From Steroidobacteraceae bacterium (GTDB lineage Bacteria; Pseudomonadota; Gammaproteobacteria; Steroidobacterales; Steroidobacteraceae), in assembly GCA_035625955.1 (NCBI GenBank), contig DASPOP010000310.1:1-46126 (forward strand): 46,126 nt of DNA. The letters run 5' to 3'. This document shows positions 18,939 to 30,094 of the stretch, in pieces. The notes beneath the pieces were generated by a model. That model did not search any database and was not told the origin of the DNA. It saw only the letters and a program-made list of their open reading frames with translations. Each line of letters begins with the position of its first letter. Positions within the stretch are counted from its first letter, which is position 1. Position numbers and translations under genes: made by a program.

Positions 18939-19664
18939 TCAGAGCCGGAACGTCTCGCCCAAGTACACCTCACGGACTTGGCTGTTGGCAAGGACTTCTT
19001 CGGCACTTCCGGATGCAATGACCGTACCTTGATTGACGATGTAAGCCCGGCCGCAGACGCCGAGGGTTTCGCGCACGTTATGGTCAGTGATCAGCACGCC
19101 GATTCCGCGGTGCGTCAGCTCGCGAATGATGCGCTGGATGTCGAGGACCGAGAGCGGATCGACGCCCGCGAAGGGCTCATCGAGCAGCATGAAGCGGGGC
19201 TCGGCCGCCAGCGCCCGGGCGATCTCCACCCGCCGCCGCTCGCCGCCGGAGAGGGAGATGCCGAGCGTGCGGCGCACGTGCCCGATGCGCAGCTCCTCGA
19301 GCAGCTGCTCGAGGCGCTCCTCGCGCGCCGCCCGCTCGAGGTCGGTGCGCGTCTCGAGAATGGCGAGCACGTTGTCCTCGACCGAGAGCTTGCGGAACAC
19401 TGAGGCTTCCTGCGGCAGGTAGCCGAGGCCGAGCTGGGCGCGGCGGTGCATCGGCAGCATCGTCAGGTCCTGCTCGCCGAGATAGATGCGGCCGGCGTCG
19501 CAGGGAATGAGCCCCACGATCATGTAGAAGGCGGTGGTCTTGCCGGCGCCGTTGGGTCCGAGCAGGCCCACCACCTCGCCGTTCTCGAGCTCGAGCGACA
19601 GATCGCGGACTACCGGGCGGGACTTGTAGCTCTTGGCGAGGCCCGTGGCCCTCAGGACCGTCAT
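18939..19664 (-). CDS. lptB: LPS export ABC transporter ATP-binding protein
   Basis: Walker [10 protein letters not shown], signature LSGGERRR and Walker B MLLDEP. Position between lptA and rpoN. Confidence 0.96.
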   Translation of the reverse strand: MTVLRATGLAKSYKSRPVVRDLSLELENGEVVGLLGPNGAGKTTAFYMIVGLIPCDAGRIYLGEQDLTMLPMHRRAQLGLGYLPQEASVFRKLSVEDNVLAILETRTDLERAAREERLEQLLEELRIGHVRRTLGISLSGGERRRVEIARALAAEPRFMLLDEPFAGVDPLSVLDIQRIIRELTHRGIGVLITDHNVRETLGVCGRAYIVNQGTVIASGSAEEVLANSQVREVYLGETFRL

Positions 19665-20419
19665 GATTTCGGCGCGGACTCGGGCGCCGCCGCGGGCTGC
19701 TTCGGCCCGGGCTGCGCCGCTTCGGGCCGGGAAGCATCGGGCTTCGCCGCGTCGGGTTTAGGGGCGTCGGGCCTGGCGGGCTCGGCCTTGCCGGTGCCTG
19801 CGGCGTGCGGCGCGACGATGATGTGCACGCGCTGGTCGCTGCCGGCGGCGGCGTTCGGCGCGGCGACGGCCTGTATGTGCTGCTCGCGGATGTTGTAGAC
19901 GAGGAGGGGGCCCGAGATCTCGTTCTGTCCGTCCGACAGCCACGCCTCGTCCGCGAGCCGTACGGTGCCGTCGTTCAGGTCGTAGAGAATCTCGTCGGCG
20001 TGGCCGCGGGCGACCGCATCGGAATTCGCGCGCTTCTGCTCGAACTCGGCGGGCTTGCCGGTGATGGTGGCGCGCGCGATGTGATTGTCCTTGAACTCCA
20101 CCACGGCCTGATCGGAGCGCAGGTTGCCGCGTTGCTCCGCATCGATGCGCACGTTGCCGTCGAAGTTCCAGCGGCTGTTGGCGAAGTTGAGTCCCGTGGC
20201 ACGCGCATTGTCGGCCTGCACGCGCATGTCGCCCTGGGAGATGACGACGTTCCTGAACACCAGCGTATTGGTCTTGGCGTCGATTTCCGAGGAGGCGGCA
20301 TCGAGCGACACGGGCAGTCCGCTGAAGTCGGGAATGGCGTCCGCCGCGCCGGCCCCGAGCGCCGGCAACAGTGCCCCCGCGAGCAGCAGGGCAACGGACT
20401 TACGGCAGATACGAACCAT
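19661..20419 (-). CDS. lptA: LPS transport periplasmic protein LptA, with a Pro/Ala-rich repeat tail
   Basis: Signal peptide plus an OstA-like core ([24 protein letters not shown]...). ATGA overlap with lptB. The C-terminal approximately 42 aa form pentapeptide P-[DE]-A-x-[KR] repeats. Confidence 0.88.
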   Translation of the reverse strand: MVRICRKSVALLLAGALLPALGAGAADAIPDFSGLPVSLDAASSEIDAKTNTLVFRNVVISQGDMRVQADNARATGLNFANSRWNFDGNVRIDAEQRGNLRSDQAVVEFKDNHIARATITGKPAEFEQKRANSDAVARGHADEILYDLNDGTVRLADEAWLSDGQNEISGPLLVYNIREQHIQAVAAPNAAAGSDQRVHIIVAPHAAGTGKAEPARPDAPKPDAAKPDASRPEAAQPGPKQPAAAPESAPKS

Positions 20420-20960
20420 GCACGGCCGATTCTAGCTGCACGCGATCCTCCTTCAAGCGCGCCACCATCCCCTTGGCATGCAGCTCGCGGCCCGCCATGG
20501 TGAGCGTCACGGGATCAGGCGTCGTTACGACCTCCGCGCGCGTGTCGTAGGCGAGGTGGTCGGTGATGATTTCGGCCTCGCCCTGAGTGCCGGGGAGGAG
20601 CCCCGCCACGTGCACATCGCCGTCGAGCTGCACGACGCCGGTGTCCTGACCGAGCTGGCCACGGTCGGCGCGCGCCTTCCACTGCTGGCCGTTCGCGGCG
20701 CGAAAGCCCATCTGCACCTGTGTCAGCTGCACCGTTTCGTCATCAGGCTGCTGACTGATGCGCGCGGCATCGAGCGAGTAGAGCGGCTGGCCGTCGGCGC
20801 CGGTCTGCACCAGGCGGGCGCCAAGCGCTGCGTATCCCGGATCATGCGCGACCGCTCCCGCGGCGCTCGGCACGACGGCCTCGCGCTGCGGTCCCGAGAG
20901 CAGCACCAGGCCCACGACCAGCGCCAGTCCCGCGAGCACGGCAACCAGCCGATACATCAT
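20400..20960 (-). CDS. lptC: LPS export system protein LptC
   Basis: Single N-terminal TM segment (MMYRLVAVLAGLALVVGLVLL), size 186 aa, and position between kdsC and lptA. Confidence 0.85.
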   Translation of the reverse strand: MMYRLVAVLAGLALVVGLVLLSGPQREAVVPSAAGAVAHDPGYAALGARLVQTGADGQPLYSLDAARISQQPDDETVQLTQVQMGFRAANGQQWKARADRGQLGQDTGVVQLDGDVHVAGLLPGTQGEAEIITDHLAYDTRAEVVTTPDPVTLTMAGRELHAKGMVARLKEDRVQLESAVHGSYLP

Positions 20961-20975
20961 GAAGCGCTCCTCTTC

Positions 20976-21464
20976 CTATCGCCTGCGGGCGCGGCCCGCC
21001 AGCAGCAGGTCGCAGACCTCGCGCACCGCGCCCCGCCCCCCGCCCTGGCGGGTCACGACGGCGGCGGCGCGCCGCACGGCGGGATGCGCGTCCGCAACCG
21101 CGAAGGGCAGCGCCACGGCGTTCATGAGCGGCACGTCCGGGAGGTCATCGCCGACACAGGCGCAGGCGGCGGGCGCGAGCTTCAGCCGCGCGCGCAGCTG
21201 CTCGAACACGGCGAGCTTGTCGTTCACACCCTGATGCACGTGACGCACCTTGAGCTCGCGGCAGCGGGCGCTGACGGCGGGGGAGCGCCGTCCGGAAATC
21301 ACGGCGACCTCGACGCCGGCGCGCCGCAGGGCGACCAGGCCGTAGCCGTCGCGCACGTGGAAGACCTTGAGAGTCTCGCCGCGCGGACCGAAGTACAGGC
21401 GCCCGTCCGTCAGCACTCCGTCCACGTCCAGCACCAGCAAACGAATCGCTCCTGCCTTGCGCAC
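20976..21464 (-). CDS. kdsC: 3-deoxy-D-manno-octulosonate 8-phosphate phosphatase (HAD family)
   Basis: HAD motif LLVLDVDGVLTDG together with GDDLPD. GTG start. Confidence 0.9.
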   Translation of the reverse strand: MRKAGAIRLLVLDVDGVLTDGRLYFGPRGETLKVFHVRDGYGLVALRRAGVEVAVISGRRSPAVSARCRELKVRHVHQGVNDKLAVFEQLRARLKLAPAACACVGDDLPDVPLMNAVALPFAVADAHPAVRRAAAVVTRQGGGRGAVREVCDLLLAGRARRR

Positions 21465-21477
21465 CTGAGCAAGCGCC

Positions 21478-22497
21478 TCACATCACGCGGGCACGGAACA
21501 GGTCGTGCACGTTCAGGGCGCCGACCAGGCGGCCGTCCGCATCCGCCACCGGGAGAGCCGTGATGCGATACAGCTCCATGAGATGCACGGCCTCGGCGGC
21601 GAGCTCGCGCGGTCCGATGGTCTTCGGCTGCGGCGTCATGACCGCGCTCATGGTGGTGGCATGCACGTCAGCCTGCGCCTCGAGCGCGCGGCGCAGGTCG
21701 CCGTCGGTGAACACACCGAGGATGCGCTCGTCCGCATCGACGACGACGGTCATCCCGAGCCCCTTGGCGGACATTTCCAGGAGCCCGGCGCTCAGGGGCG
21801 CCGTGGGCAGGACGCGCGGCAGCGCCGCTCCGGTGCGCATCAGATCCTCGACGTGCAGCAACAGCTGGCGGCCGAGGGTTCCGCCCGGATGGGAGCGGGC
21901 GAAATCCTGCGCCGTGAAGCCGCGCGCCTCGAGCAGGGCGACCGCGAGCGCATCTCCCATGGCGAGGGTGGCGGTGGTGCTTGCCGTCGGCGCCAGGTTG
22001 AGCGGACAGGCCTCCTCGTCCACCGCGACATCGAGCGTGACGGTCGCCGCCAGAGCGAGCGTCGAGTCGCTCTTGCCCGTCATCACGATGAGCGGCACCC
22101 CGAGGCGCTTCAGGGCCGGGAGCAGCGCCACGACCTCGGGGGTCTCACCGGAGTTGGATAGCGCGAGGACGACATCCGTACGGGTGATCATGCCGAGGTC
22201 GCCGTGGCCAGCCTCGGCGGGGTGCAGGAAGAATGCGGGGGTGCCGGTGCTGGCGAGCGTCGCGGCGATCTTGCCGGCGATGTGCCCGGACTTGCCCATG
22301 CCGCTCACCACAACCCGACCGTGGCAGGCGAGGCACAGGCGGCAGGCCTGCGCGAAGGCCGCGCCGACGCGGCCACCGAGCGCCCCCAGCGCCCGCGCCT
22401 CGATGGCCAGCGCACGCTGCGCGGAGGCGATGAGCTGCTCGTCGTCCGGGTCTCTCCCGGCCTTGTGCCCGGCGGGATGCGCCTTCATGCGACTCAT
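21478..22497 (-). CDS. kdsD: Arabinose-5-phosphate isomerase (SIS + tandem CBS domains)
   Basis: VVVSGMGKSGHIAGKIAATLASTGTPAFFLHPAEAGHGDLG followed by two CBS repeats. Start trimmed to ATG 22497. Confidence 0.93.
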   Translation of the reverse strand: MSRMKAHPAGHKAGRDPDDEQLIASAQRALAIEARALGALGGRVGAAFAQACRLCLACHGRVVVSGMGKSGHIAGKIAATLASTGTPAFFLHPAEAGHGDLGMITRTDVVLALSNSGETPEVVALLPALKRLGVPLIVMTGKSDSTLALAATVTLDVAVDEEACPLNLAPTASTTATLAMGDALAVALLEARGFTAQDFARSHPGGTLGRQLLLHVEDLMRTGAALPRVLPTAPLSAGLLEMSAKGLGMTVVVDADERILGVFTDGDLRRALEAQADVHATTMSAVMTPQPKTIGPRELAAEAVHLMELYRITALPVADADGRLVGALNVHDLFRARVM

Positions 22498-22538
22498 TAT
22501 AGGCGCGTGTACGGTGCGCCCATGTAATATCCCGCCCC

Positions 22539-22775
22539 ATGAACCCGGAGGAGGTCGCACGGCTGATCCGCGCAGGGCTGCCCGGCGCGCAGGTCGAGGT
22601 GCGGTCCGACGATCAGACCCATTTCGCCGCACGCGTGATCGCGCGCGAGTTCGCGAATCTGCGCAGCCTCGCCCGGCACCAGCTCGTCTACCGTGCGCTC
22701 GGCGAGCGTATGGGGCGCGAGATCCACGCGCTGTCGATCGAAGCGCTCACCCCCGAAGAATCACACCGGACCTGA
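22539..22775 (+). CDS. ibaG: BolA family protein IbaG (YrbA)
   Basis: 78 aa. HFAARVIAREFANLRSLARHQLVYRAL...IHALSIEALTPEE matches the BolA-like pattern. Conserved position upstream of murA. Confidence 0.85.
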   Translation: MNPEEVARLIRAGLPGAQVEVRSDDQTHFAARVIAREFANLRSLARHQLVYRALGERMGREIHALSIEALTPEESHRT

Positions 22776-22787
22776 CCCTGACAATGA

Positions 22788-24164
<1,377 letters not shown>

Positions 24165-24167
24165 CTC

Positions 24168-24245
24168 ATTGGGCGAAATCGCAGGAAGCGATTTCTCCGG
24201 ACATCAGCTTCGTTGCCGCCGGCGAAAGGCGTGACTTTCGCCGGC
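24168..24245 (+). repeat. REP/MITE-like composite element, copy 3 (diverged hairpin 1 + hairpin 2 GCCGGCGAAAG-GCGTGA-CTTTCGCCGGC), starting 3 nt after the murA stop
   Basis: ATTGGGCGAAATCGC-AGGAA-GCGATTTC, a CATCAGC spacer core shared with copy 1, and an 11-bp perfect stem at 24218-24245. Confidence 0.7.
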
Positions 24246-24262
24246 TGCGTTGGAGAAAAGCG

Positions 24263-25279
24263 ATGCAGATCGGGATGATCGGACTCGGGCGCATGGGTTC
24301 GAACATGGTGCGGCGCCTCGCGCAGGGTGGGCACGATTGCGTGGCCTACGACCGCTCCGCCGCCTCGGTCACGGCCGTGCAGGCCTGCGGCGCGCGCGGC
24401 GCGCATTCGCTCGAGGAGCTGGTGCGCTCGCTCGCGAGCCCGCGGGCCATCTGGATCATGGTGCCGGCGGCGGCCGTCGACGCCGTGATCGCGCAGCTGC
24501 GTCCGCTGCTCGCCGCGGGTGACGTGCTGATCGACGGCGGCAACTCCAACTACCAGGACGACATCCGGCGCGCCGCCGAGCTCGGCGCGGCCGGGATCCA
24601 CTATCTGGACGTCGGCACGAGCGGCGGCGTGCTGGGGCTCGAGCAGGGGTACTGCCTGATGATCGGCGGCGAACCCGAGACGGTCGCGCGGGTCGAGCCG
24701 CTGTTCGCAACGCTCGCGCCGGGCGCGCAACTGCCCGCGGGCGCCACCGCCGGCCGCGCGGCTGGACTCGCCGCGGCCACGCTCGGCTACCTGCACTGCG
24801 GGCCGCACGGCGCCGGACATTTCGTCAAGATGGTCCACAACGGCATCGAGTACGGGCTGATGGCCGCCTACGCCGAGGGGCTCAACGTGCTGGCGCACGC
24901 CGACGCGGGGCTGCATACCGCGGAGGCGGACGCCGAGACGGCGCCGCTCGCCAATCCGCACTTCTATCAATACCGGCTCGATCTCGCCGCCGTCGCCGAG
25001 CTCTGGCGCCACGGCAGCATCGTCGCCTCGCGGCTGCTCGATCTGACGGCGGCGGCGCTCAAGCGCGACGCGCGGCTCGATGGCTTCGCCGGACGCGTCG
25101 CCGATTCGGGCGAGGGGCGCTGGACGGTGCAGGCCGCCATCGACGTCGGCGTGCCCGCAAACGTGCTGAGCGCGGCGCTCTACGCGCGCTTCGACTCGCG
25201 CGGCCGCGGCGAATTCGCCGGCAAGGTGCTGTCGGCGATGCGCCTCGGCTTCGGCGGCCACCTCGAGACGAGCGGCTGA
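24263..25279 (+). CDS. gnd: 6-phosphogluconate dehydrogenase, decarboxylating (short, YqeC/GndA-like form)
   Basis: [27 protein letters not shown] and [16 protein letters not shown]. 338 aa. Confidence 0.9.
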   Translation: MQIGMIGLGRMGSNMVRRLAQGGHDCVAYDRSAASVTAVQACGARGAHSLEELVRSLASPRAIWIMVPAAAVDAVIAQLRPLLAAGDVLIDGGNSNYQDDIRRAAELGAAGIHYLDVGTSGGVLGLEQGYCLMIGGEPETVARVEPLFATLAPGAQLPAGATAGRAAGLAAATLGYLHCGPHGAGHFVKMVHNGIEYGLMAAYAEGLNVLAHADAGLHTAEADAETAPLANPHFYQYRLDLAAVAELWRHGSIVASRLLDLTAAALKRDARLDGFAGRVADSGEGRWTVQAAIDVGVPANVLSAALYARFDSRGRGEFAGKVLSAMRLGFGGHLETSG

Positions 25280-25302
25280 GCGCGACTCGGAGCGGAGTTG
25301 TC

Positions 25303-26712
25303 ATGGAACGTCGTGACTGCGATGCCGTCGTGCTGTTCGGTGCGACCGGCGACCTGTGTTATCGGAAGATCTACCCGGCGCTCTATCAGCTGGTACGCCG
25401 CGGCATCCTCGCCCTGCCGGTCATCGGCGTAGCGCGCCAGGGCTGGAAGCTCGAGCAGTACGCCGCACGGGTGCGCGCAAGTCTCGCGGCCTTCGTGCCG
25501 GCCGTCGATGAGGCGGTGCAGGCGCGCCTCATCAGCCTGCTGCGCTACGTGGACGGCGACTACAACGCCCGCCCGAGCTTCGATGCGCTGCGCGCGGCGC
25601 TCGGGGCGGCGCAGCGCCCGCTGCACTACCTGGCGATCCCGCCCAGCATGTTCGCCGTGGTCGCCGAGCACCTGAGCGCCTCGACCTGCGCCCAGGGCGC
25701 GCGCATCGTGGTGGAGAAGCCCTTCGGGCGCGATCTGGCTTCGGCGCGCGCGCTCAATGCGACGCTGCACGCGCATTTTCCCGAGTCGAGCATCTTCCGC
25801 ATCGACCACTATCTCGGCAAAGAGGCGGTGCAGAACATCCTGTACTTCCGCTTCGCCAATTCCTTTCTCGAGCCGGTGCTCAATCGCAACTTCGTCGCCA
25901 GCGTGCAGATCACCATGGCGGAAACCCTCGGCGTCGCCGGCCGCGGCCGCTTCTACGAGGAGGCCGGCGCGATCCGCGACGTGATGCAGAACCATCTCAT
26001 GCAGATCGTGGCGCTGCTCGCCATGGAGCCGCCGGTGAACACCGAAGGCGAATCGCTGCGCGATGAGAAGGTCAAGGTGCTCAAGGCGATCCGTCCGGCG
26101 ATTCCTGCCGAGCTGGTGCGCGGCCAGTTCGTCGGCTACCGCGACGAACCGGGCGTCGCCGCCGACTCGCGCGTCGAGACCTACGCCGCTCTGGTGCTGC
26201 ACGTCGATTCATGGCGCTGGAGCGGCGTGCCGTTCTACATGCGCGCCGGCAAGCGCCTGCCGGTGACCGCCACCGAGGTGGTGGTGGAGCTGCGGGCGCC
26301 GCCGGCGCAGGTATTCGGCACCTTGGGCCCCGAGCAGCCGAACCATCTGCGCTTCCGCGTCGGTCCGGATGTGGCGATCGCGATCGGGGCGCACTCCAAG
26401 ATGCCGGGCCCGGTGATGACCGGCCGCGACGTCGAGCTCTACGTCGCGCAGCAGCAGGGCGACGACCTCGACCCGTATGCGGCGCTGATCAGCTCCGCGC
26501 TGATCGGCGATACCGCGCACTTCGCGCGCGAGGACGAGGTCGAGGCGGCGTGGGCGATCGTCGATCCGCTGCTGCGCGGCGCGACGCTGCCCATCGAGTA
26601 CCCGCCGGCGAGCTGGGGGCCCCCGCAGGCGGAAGGGTTGCTGCAGGGGCCCTGCGGATGGCACAACCCCGGGGCGAAGCCGCAGGACTGGCATCGGTCC
26701 TGCGGCCGTTAG
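25303..26712 (+). CDS. zwf: Glucose-6-phosphate 1-dehydrogenase
   Basis: [18 protein letters not shown], active-site RIDHYLGKE and [11 protein letters not shown]. 469 aa. Confidence 0.96.
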   Translation: MERRDCDAVVLFGATGDLCYRKIYPALYQLVRRGILALPVIGVARQGWKLEQYAARVRASLAAFVPAVDEAVQARLISLLRYVDGDYNARPSFDALRAALGAAQRPLHYLAIPPSMFAVVAEHLSASTCAQGARIVVEKPFGRDLASARALNATLHAHFPESSIFRIDHYLGKEAVQNILYFRFANSFLEPVLNRNFVASVQITMAETLGVAGRGRFYEEAGAIRDVMQNHLMQIVALLAMEPPVNTEGESLRDEKVKVLKAIRPAIPAELVRGQFVGYRDEPGVAADSRVETYAALVLHVDSWRWSGVPFYMRAGKRLPVTATEVVVELRAPPAQVFGTLGPEQPNHLRFRVGPDVAIAIGAHSKMPGPVMTGRDVELYVAQQQGDDLDPYAALISSALIGDTAHFAREDEVEAAWAIVDPLLRGATLPIEYPPASWGPPQAEGLLQGPCGWHNPGAKPQDWHRSCGR

Positions 26713-26737
26713 CGCCGCTGCGCGCGCGAGCCGCCGC

Positions 26738-28726
26738 TCAGCGGGAGACGAGTTCGCCCAACGCTTCCTTGAGCGGGCCGAGCCACGGCTCGAAGTTGCG
26801 CCACTGGTCGACTGCCTCGGCGTACAGCGGCTGGCGTACCTGCTCGGAGCTGGCAGTCTGTACCACGCGCTGCGTTTCGTGGAAGCGCAGGCACTGCTCC
26901 TCGAACGGCAGCCCGCAGTACTCGAGCAGCCGGCGGACCTCGCCCTCGAGGTCGGCGACCAGCGCCTCGTACTGCACGCGGTGAATGCGTCCCGGAAGCA
27001 CCGCGTCGAAGTGGGTCGTGATGCTCAGGTAGTCGCGGTAATAATGGGCGAGGTCGTCGAGGCTGTAGCTGAACCACAGGCCAGTCTGGAAATGCTGCTT
27101 GAAGTTGGAGAAGCAGCAGGCGAGCGGCGCGCGCCGCGCGTCGATGATGCGCGCGTTCGGCAGCATCAAATGGATGAGCCCGAGGTGCAGGAAGTTGTTC
27201 GGCATCTTGTCGATGAAGTACGGCCGGCCGAGCAGGCGGTGCGGGCGGGTCTGTGCCAGATAGCGCTCGCCGAGCGCCAGCACCTGCGCCTGCGTGAGCC
27301 GCGCCACTGACTGCGGGTAAGTAGGCACGCCGCCGGTCCGCTCCAGACCGCCGAGCTCGAGCACGAAGCCGAGGATATCCGGCAGCTCGCGCGTGCCTTC
27401 CACCTGTGAGTGGCTGGCGAGGATCTGCTCGATGAGGGTCGAGCCGGCCCGCGGCAGGCCGACGATGAAGATCGGGTCGGGAGCCGGACAGCCGAAGCCG
27501 GCGCGTGCGGCGAAGAATTCGCGCGTGTAGAGCGCCTGCGTGCGTTGCGCGAGCCGGGTCGTGGCGTCGGGGTCATAGAGCACCATGGCGCGCCGCAGGG
27601 CGTTGCCGCTGGCATAGTGGGCGAAGGAAGCGCCGAAGTCCCCCTCGTCTTCGAACGCCTTGCCGAGCGCGAACTCGAACTGCAGCCGCTCGGCGTCCTT
27701 GAGATCCTCGCGGGCCACCTGCGCCTGCATCGCCGCGACATCGCCCGCGCTGAAGCGAAAGATCTTCAGGTTGGCGAGGCTGAACCAGGCTTCGCCGAAT
27801 CCGGGCTTGAGCTCAGTGCTGCGCCGGTAAGCCCGGATGGCCTCGTCCAGCCGGCCGGCGGTCCGCATCGTGTGCCCGTAGTACAGCCACACGAGCTCGT
27901 CGGCGGGGAATTCGCGCGTCAGCGCCGTGAGGATCTGCGCCGCGCGCTCATTTTCACCCAGCAGGTTGTAGGCCGCCGCCTGCAGCGTGCGGTAGCGCAG
28001 GTTGTCCGGCTCGAGCGCCAGCAGCCGCTCGAGCAGCGGCAGCATTGGCGCCGGCTTCTGCTGGTTGTTGAGAATGCGCGCGAGATCGAAGCGCGCCTGG
28101 CTGTAACCGGGTGCGATCTCGAGACACCTGCCGAGCAGCCGCTCGGCCTCGGCGAACTCGTCGCGCTCGGCTGCGAGGTGCGCCAGCAGGCGCATCGCCG
28201 CCGCATCCTGCGGCGAGTGCGTGAGCCGGCGCCGCAGCAGCGTTTCGGCGGTGGCGAGACGATCGTTGGCAATAGCCACGCCGGCCTCGAGCAGGTGCTG
28301 CTCCGGCGGCACGAGACGGGTGAAGCGTGCGTACGCGACGTCGCAGGCGGCAGCCTCGCCGCGTGCCGCGTGCACGGCCGCAAGCTCGCGCCAGGCTTCG
28401 GCGAGATCCGGCTGCAGGTCTAGCGCGCGCGTCAGCGCCTCGAGAGCAGCCGCGTCCCGGCCTTGCGCGGCGAACGTGCGGCCGAGTTCCAGTTGGACGG
28501 GCGCCGAGCCGGGCTGTGCCTCGGCCAGCCGCGCGAACACTGCCGCCGCCGCCTGCAGGTCGCCGCTGCTGCGGCGCGCGCTGCCGAGCAGCAGCGCCGC
28601 CGCCACATGGTGCGGATGCGCGGCGAGGATCTGCTCCGCCTGCCGGGCGGCCGCTGGCGGGTCGCTCTCGAGCAGTGACGCCACCTGCAGGAGTCTCAGA
28701 TCGATTGCCGCGCCCGCGTCGACCAA
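26738..28726 (-). CDS. TPR-repeat protein fused to a PAPS-type sulfotransferase domain (paralogue A, 662 aa)
   Basis: The N-terminal approximately 330 aa are Ala/Leu-rich TPR-like repeats. The C-terminal domain has a 5'-phosphosulfate loop IVGLPRAGSTLIEQILASH and a 3'-phosphate motif RIIDARRAPLACCFSNF. No signal peptide. Start at TTG 28726 or GTG 28684. Confidence 0.8.
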   Translation of the reverse strand: MVDAGAAIDLRLLQVASLLESDPPAAARQAEQILAAHPHHVAAALLLGSARRSSGDLQAAAAVFARLAEAQPGSAPVQLELGRTFAAQGRDAAALEALTRALDLQPDLAEAWRELAAVHAARGEAAACDVAYARFTRLVPPEQHLLEAGVAIANDRLATAETLLRRRLTHSPQDAAAMRLLAHLAAERDEFAEAERLLGRCLEIAPGYSQARFDLARILNNQQKPAPMLPLLERLLALEPDNLRYRTLQAAAYNLLGENERAAQILTALTREFPADELVWLYYGHTMRTAGRLDEAIRAYRRSTELKPGFGEAWFSLANLKIFRFSAGDVAAMQAQVAREDLKDAERLQFEFALGKAFEDEGDFGASFAHYASGNALRRAMVLYDPDATTRLAQRTQALYTREFFAARAGFGCPAPDPIFIVGLPRAGSTLIEQILASHSQVEGTRELPDILGFVLELGGLERTGGVPTYPQSVARLTQAQVLALGERYLAQTRPHRLLGRPYFIDKMPNNFLHLGLIHLMLPNARIIDARRAPLACCFSNFKQHFQTGLWFSYSLDDLAHYYRDYLSITTHFDAVLPGRIHRVQYEALVADLEGEVRRLLEYCGLPFEEQCLRFHETQRVVQTASSEQVRQPLYAEAVDQWRNFEPWLGPLKEALGELVSR

Positions 28727-28751
28727 GCCGTTCTCCGTCTGCGACCCGCGC

Positions 28752-28757
28752 TAGAAT
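28752..28757 (+). promoter_or_regulatory. Possible -10 box (TAGAAT) in the 60-bp divergent gap between sulfotransferase A and the beta-hydroxylase gene
   Basis: TAGAAT read directly. There is no convincing -35. An AGGGGA Shine-Dalgarno lies 5 nt before TTG 28787. Confidence 0.2.
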
Positions 28758-28786
28758 CGCGCAAACAAACACCATAGGGGACTCTC

Positions 28787-30094
28787 TTGAGCAACGTCAA
28801 TCCGGTGACGCCGGACCACGCTACCGTGCTGGGGATGATCCAGGCCTCGAAGGCCGCGGGGGCTGCCGGCCGCCGCGGCGAAGCCGATCAGCTGCTGGCT
28901 CGAGTGGCGCAGCTCGCGCCCGGCCACCCGGCGGTGCTGAACGAGCTGGGTCTGAGCATGATGCAGCGTGGCGAGGCTGCCAAGGCGCGCGAGCTGTTCC
29001 AGCGCGCCACCGCGGCCGATCCGGGCCATCCGTCGCTGTGGTCCAACCTCGCCGAGAGCCTGCAGGCGCTCGGTCTGCAGCAGGAGGCCATCGAGGCCGT
29101 CGAGCGGGCGCTGGCGCTCGAGCCGCGGCACCTGGCCTCGCTCCTGCAGAAGGGCGCGCTGATCGAAGCGCGCGGCGATCCGCGCAACGCCGCGCGCTGC
29201 TACCGCAACGCGCTGGCGACGTTGCCGGCCGGCGTGACGGCGCCGCCGGCGGTGAGCGCCCTGCTCGAGCGCGCGCGCCAGGTGGTCCGGCAGGATGATG
29301 CCGCGCTCGCCGAGGCAATCGAGCAGCGCCTCGCGGTCATCCGTGAGCGCCACGGCTCTGCCCCCCAGCGACGCGTGGACAAGTGCATCGAGCTTCTGAC
29401 CGGCCGGCGCAGCCGCTACACGCCGCAGCCGACCTTCATGTACTTCCCGGAAATCCCGGCGGTGGAATTTTTCGACCGCGCTGAGTTCCCGTGGCTCGAT
29501 GCCATCGAGGCCGCCAGCGACGAGATTCGCGCCGAGCTCACCACGGTGCTGGTCGCCGACCGCGCCGGGCTCGAGCCGTATATCGCCTATCCGGAAGGCG
29601 TGCCGCTCGATCAGTGGAAGGAGCTCAACAAGTCGCGCCGCTGGAGCGCGTACTTCCTGTGGAACCAGGGCGTGGCACAGGCGGCTCACATGGCGCGGTG
29701 CCCGCGTACCGTGGAGGCGCTCAAGGGCGCGCCGCAATGCGATGTGCGGGCGCGCGGCCCGACCGCTTTTTTCTCGATTCTCGATGCGGCCACGCACATT
29801 CCGCCGCACACCGGTGTGACCAATACCCGCGTCATCGTGCACTTGCCGCTGATCGTCCCGCCCGACTGCGGGTTTCGCGTCGGCGGCGAAACGCGCGAGT
29901 GGCTGCCGGGCAAAGCCTGGGTCTTCGACGATACCATCGAGCACGAAGCCTGGAACCGCTCGGACACGCCGCGCGCGGTGCTGATCTTCGATATCTGGAA
30001 CCCATTCCTGAGCGAGGCGGAGCGCGACATGGTGCGCGCCGCGACCGAGGTCTTCGGCGAATACTACGGTGTCAACCCGGAAGCGGTGCCATGA
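28787..30094 (+). CDS. TPR-repeat protein fused to an aspartyl/asparaginyl beta-hydroxylase (2OG oxygenase) domain
   Basis: N-terminal TPR-like repeats (approximately 180 aa). The C-terminal domain has FFSILDAATHIPPHTGVTNTRVIVHLPL ... FDDTIEHEAWN, which is the pattern of the Asp/Arg hydroxylase family as I recall it. TTG start with a good SD; ATG 28835 is an alternative. Confidence 0.8.
   Translation: MSNVNPVTPDHATVLGMIQASKAAGAAGRRGEADQLLARVAQLAPGHPAVLNELGLSMMQRGEAAKARELFQRATAADPGHPSLWSNLAESLQALGLQQEAIEAVERALALEPRHLASLLQKGALIEARGDPRNAARCYRNALATLPAGVTAPPAVSALLERARQVVRQDDAALAEAIEQRLAVIRERHGSAPQRRVDKCIELLTGRRSRYTPQPTFMYFPEIPAVEFFDRAEFPWLDAIEAASDEIRAELTTVLVADRAGLEPYIAYPEGVPLDQWKELNKSRRWSAYFLWNQGVAQAAHMARCPRTVEALKGAPQCDVRARGPTAFFSILDAATHIPPHTGVTNTRVIVHLPLIVPPDCGFRVGGETREWLPGKAWVFDDTIEHEAWNRSDTPRAVLIFDIWNPFLSEAERDMVRAATEVFGEYYGVNPEAVP

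Noticed and set aside
19664-19800. Short tandem DNA periodicity (15-nt units), and the Pro-rich stretch at 30290-30420, considered as a CRISPR-like or VNTR locus.
   Set aside because: Both lie inside well-supported reading frames and encode low-complexity Pro/Ala repeats. There is no repeat-spacer architecture.
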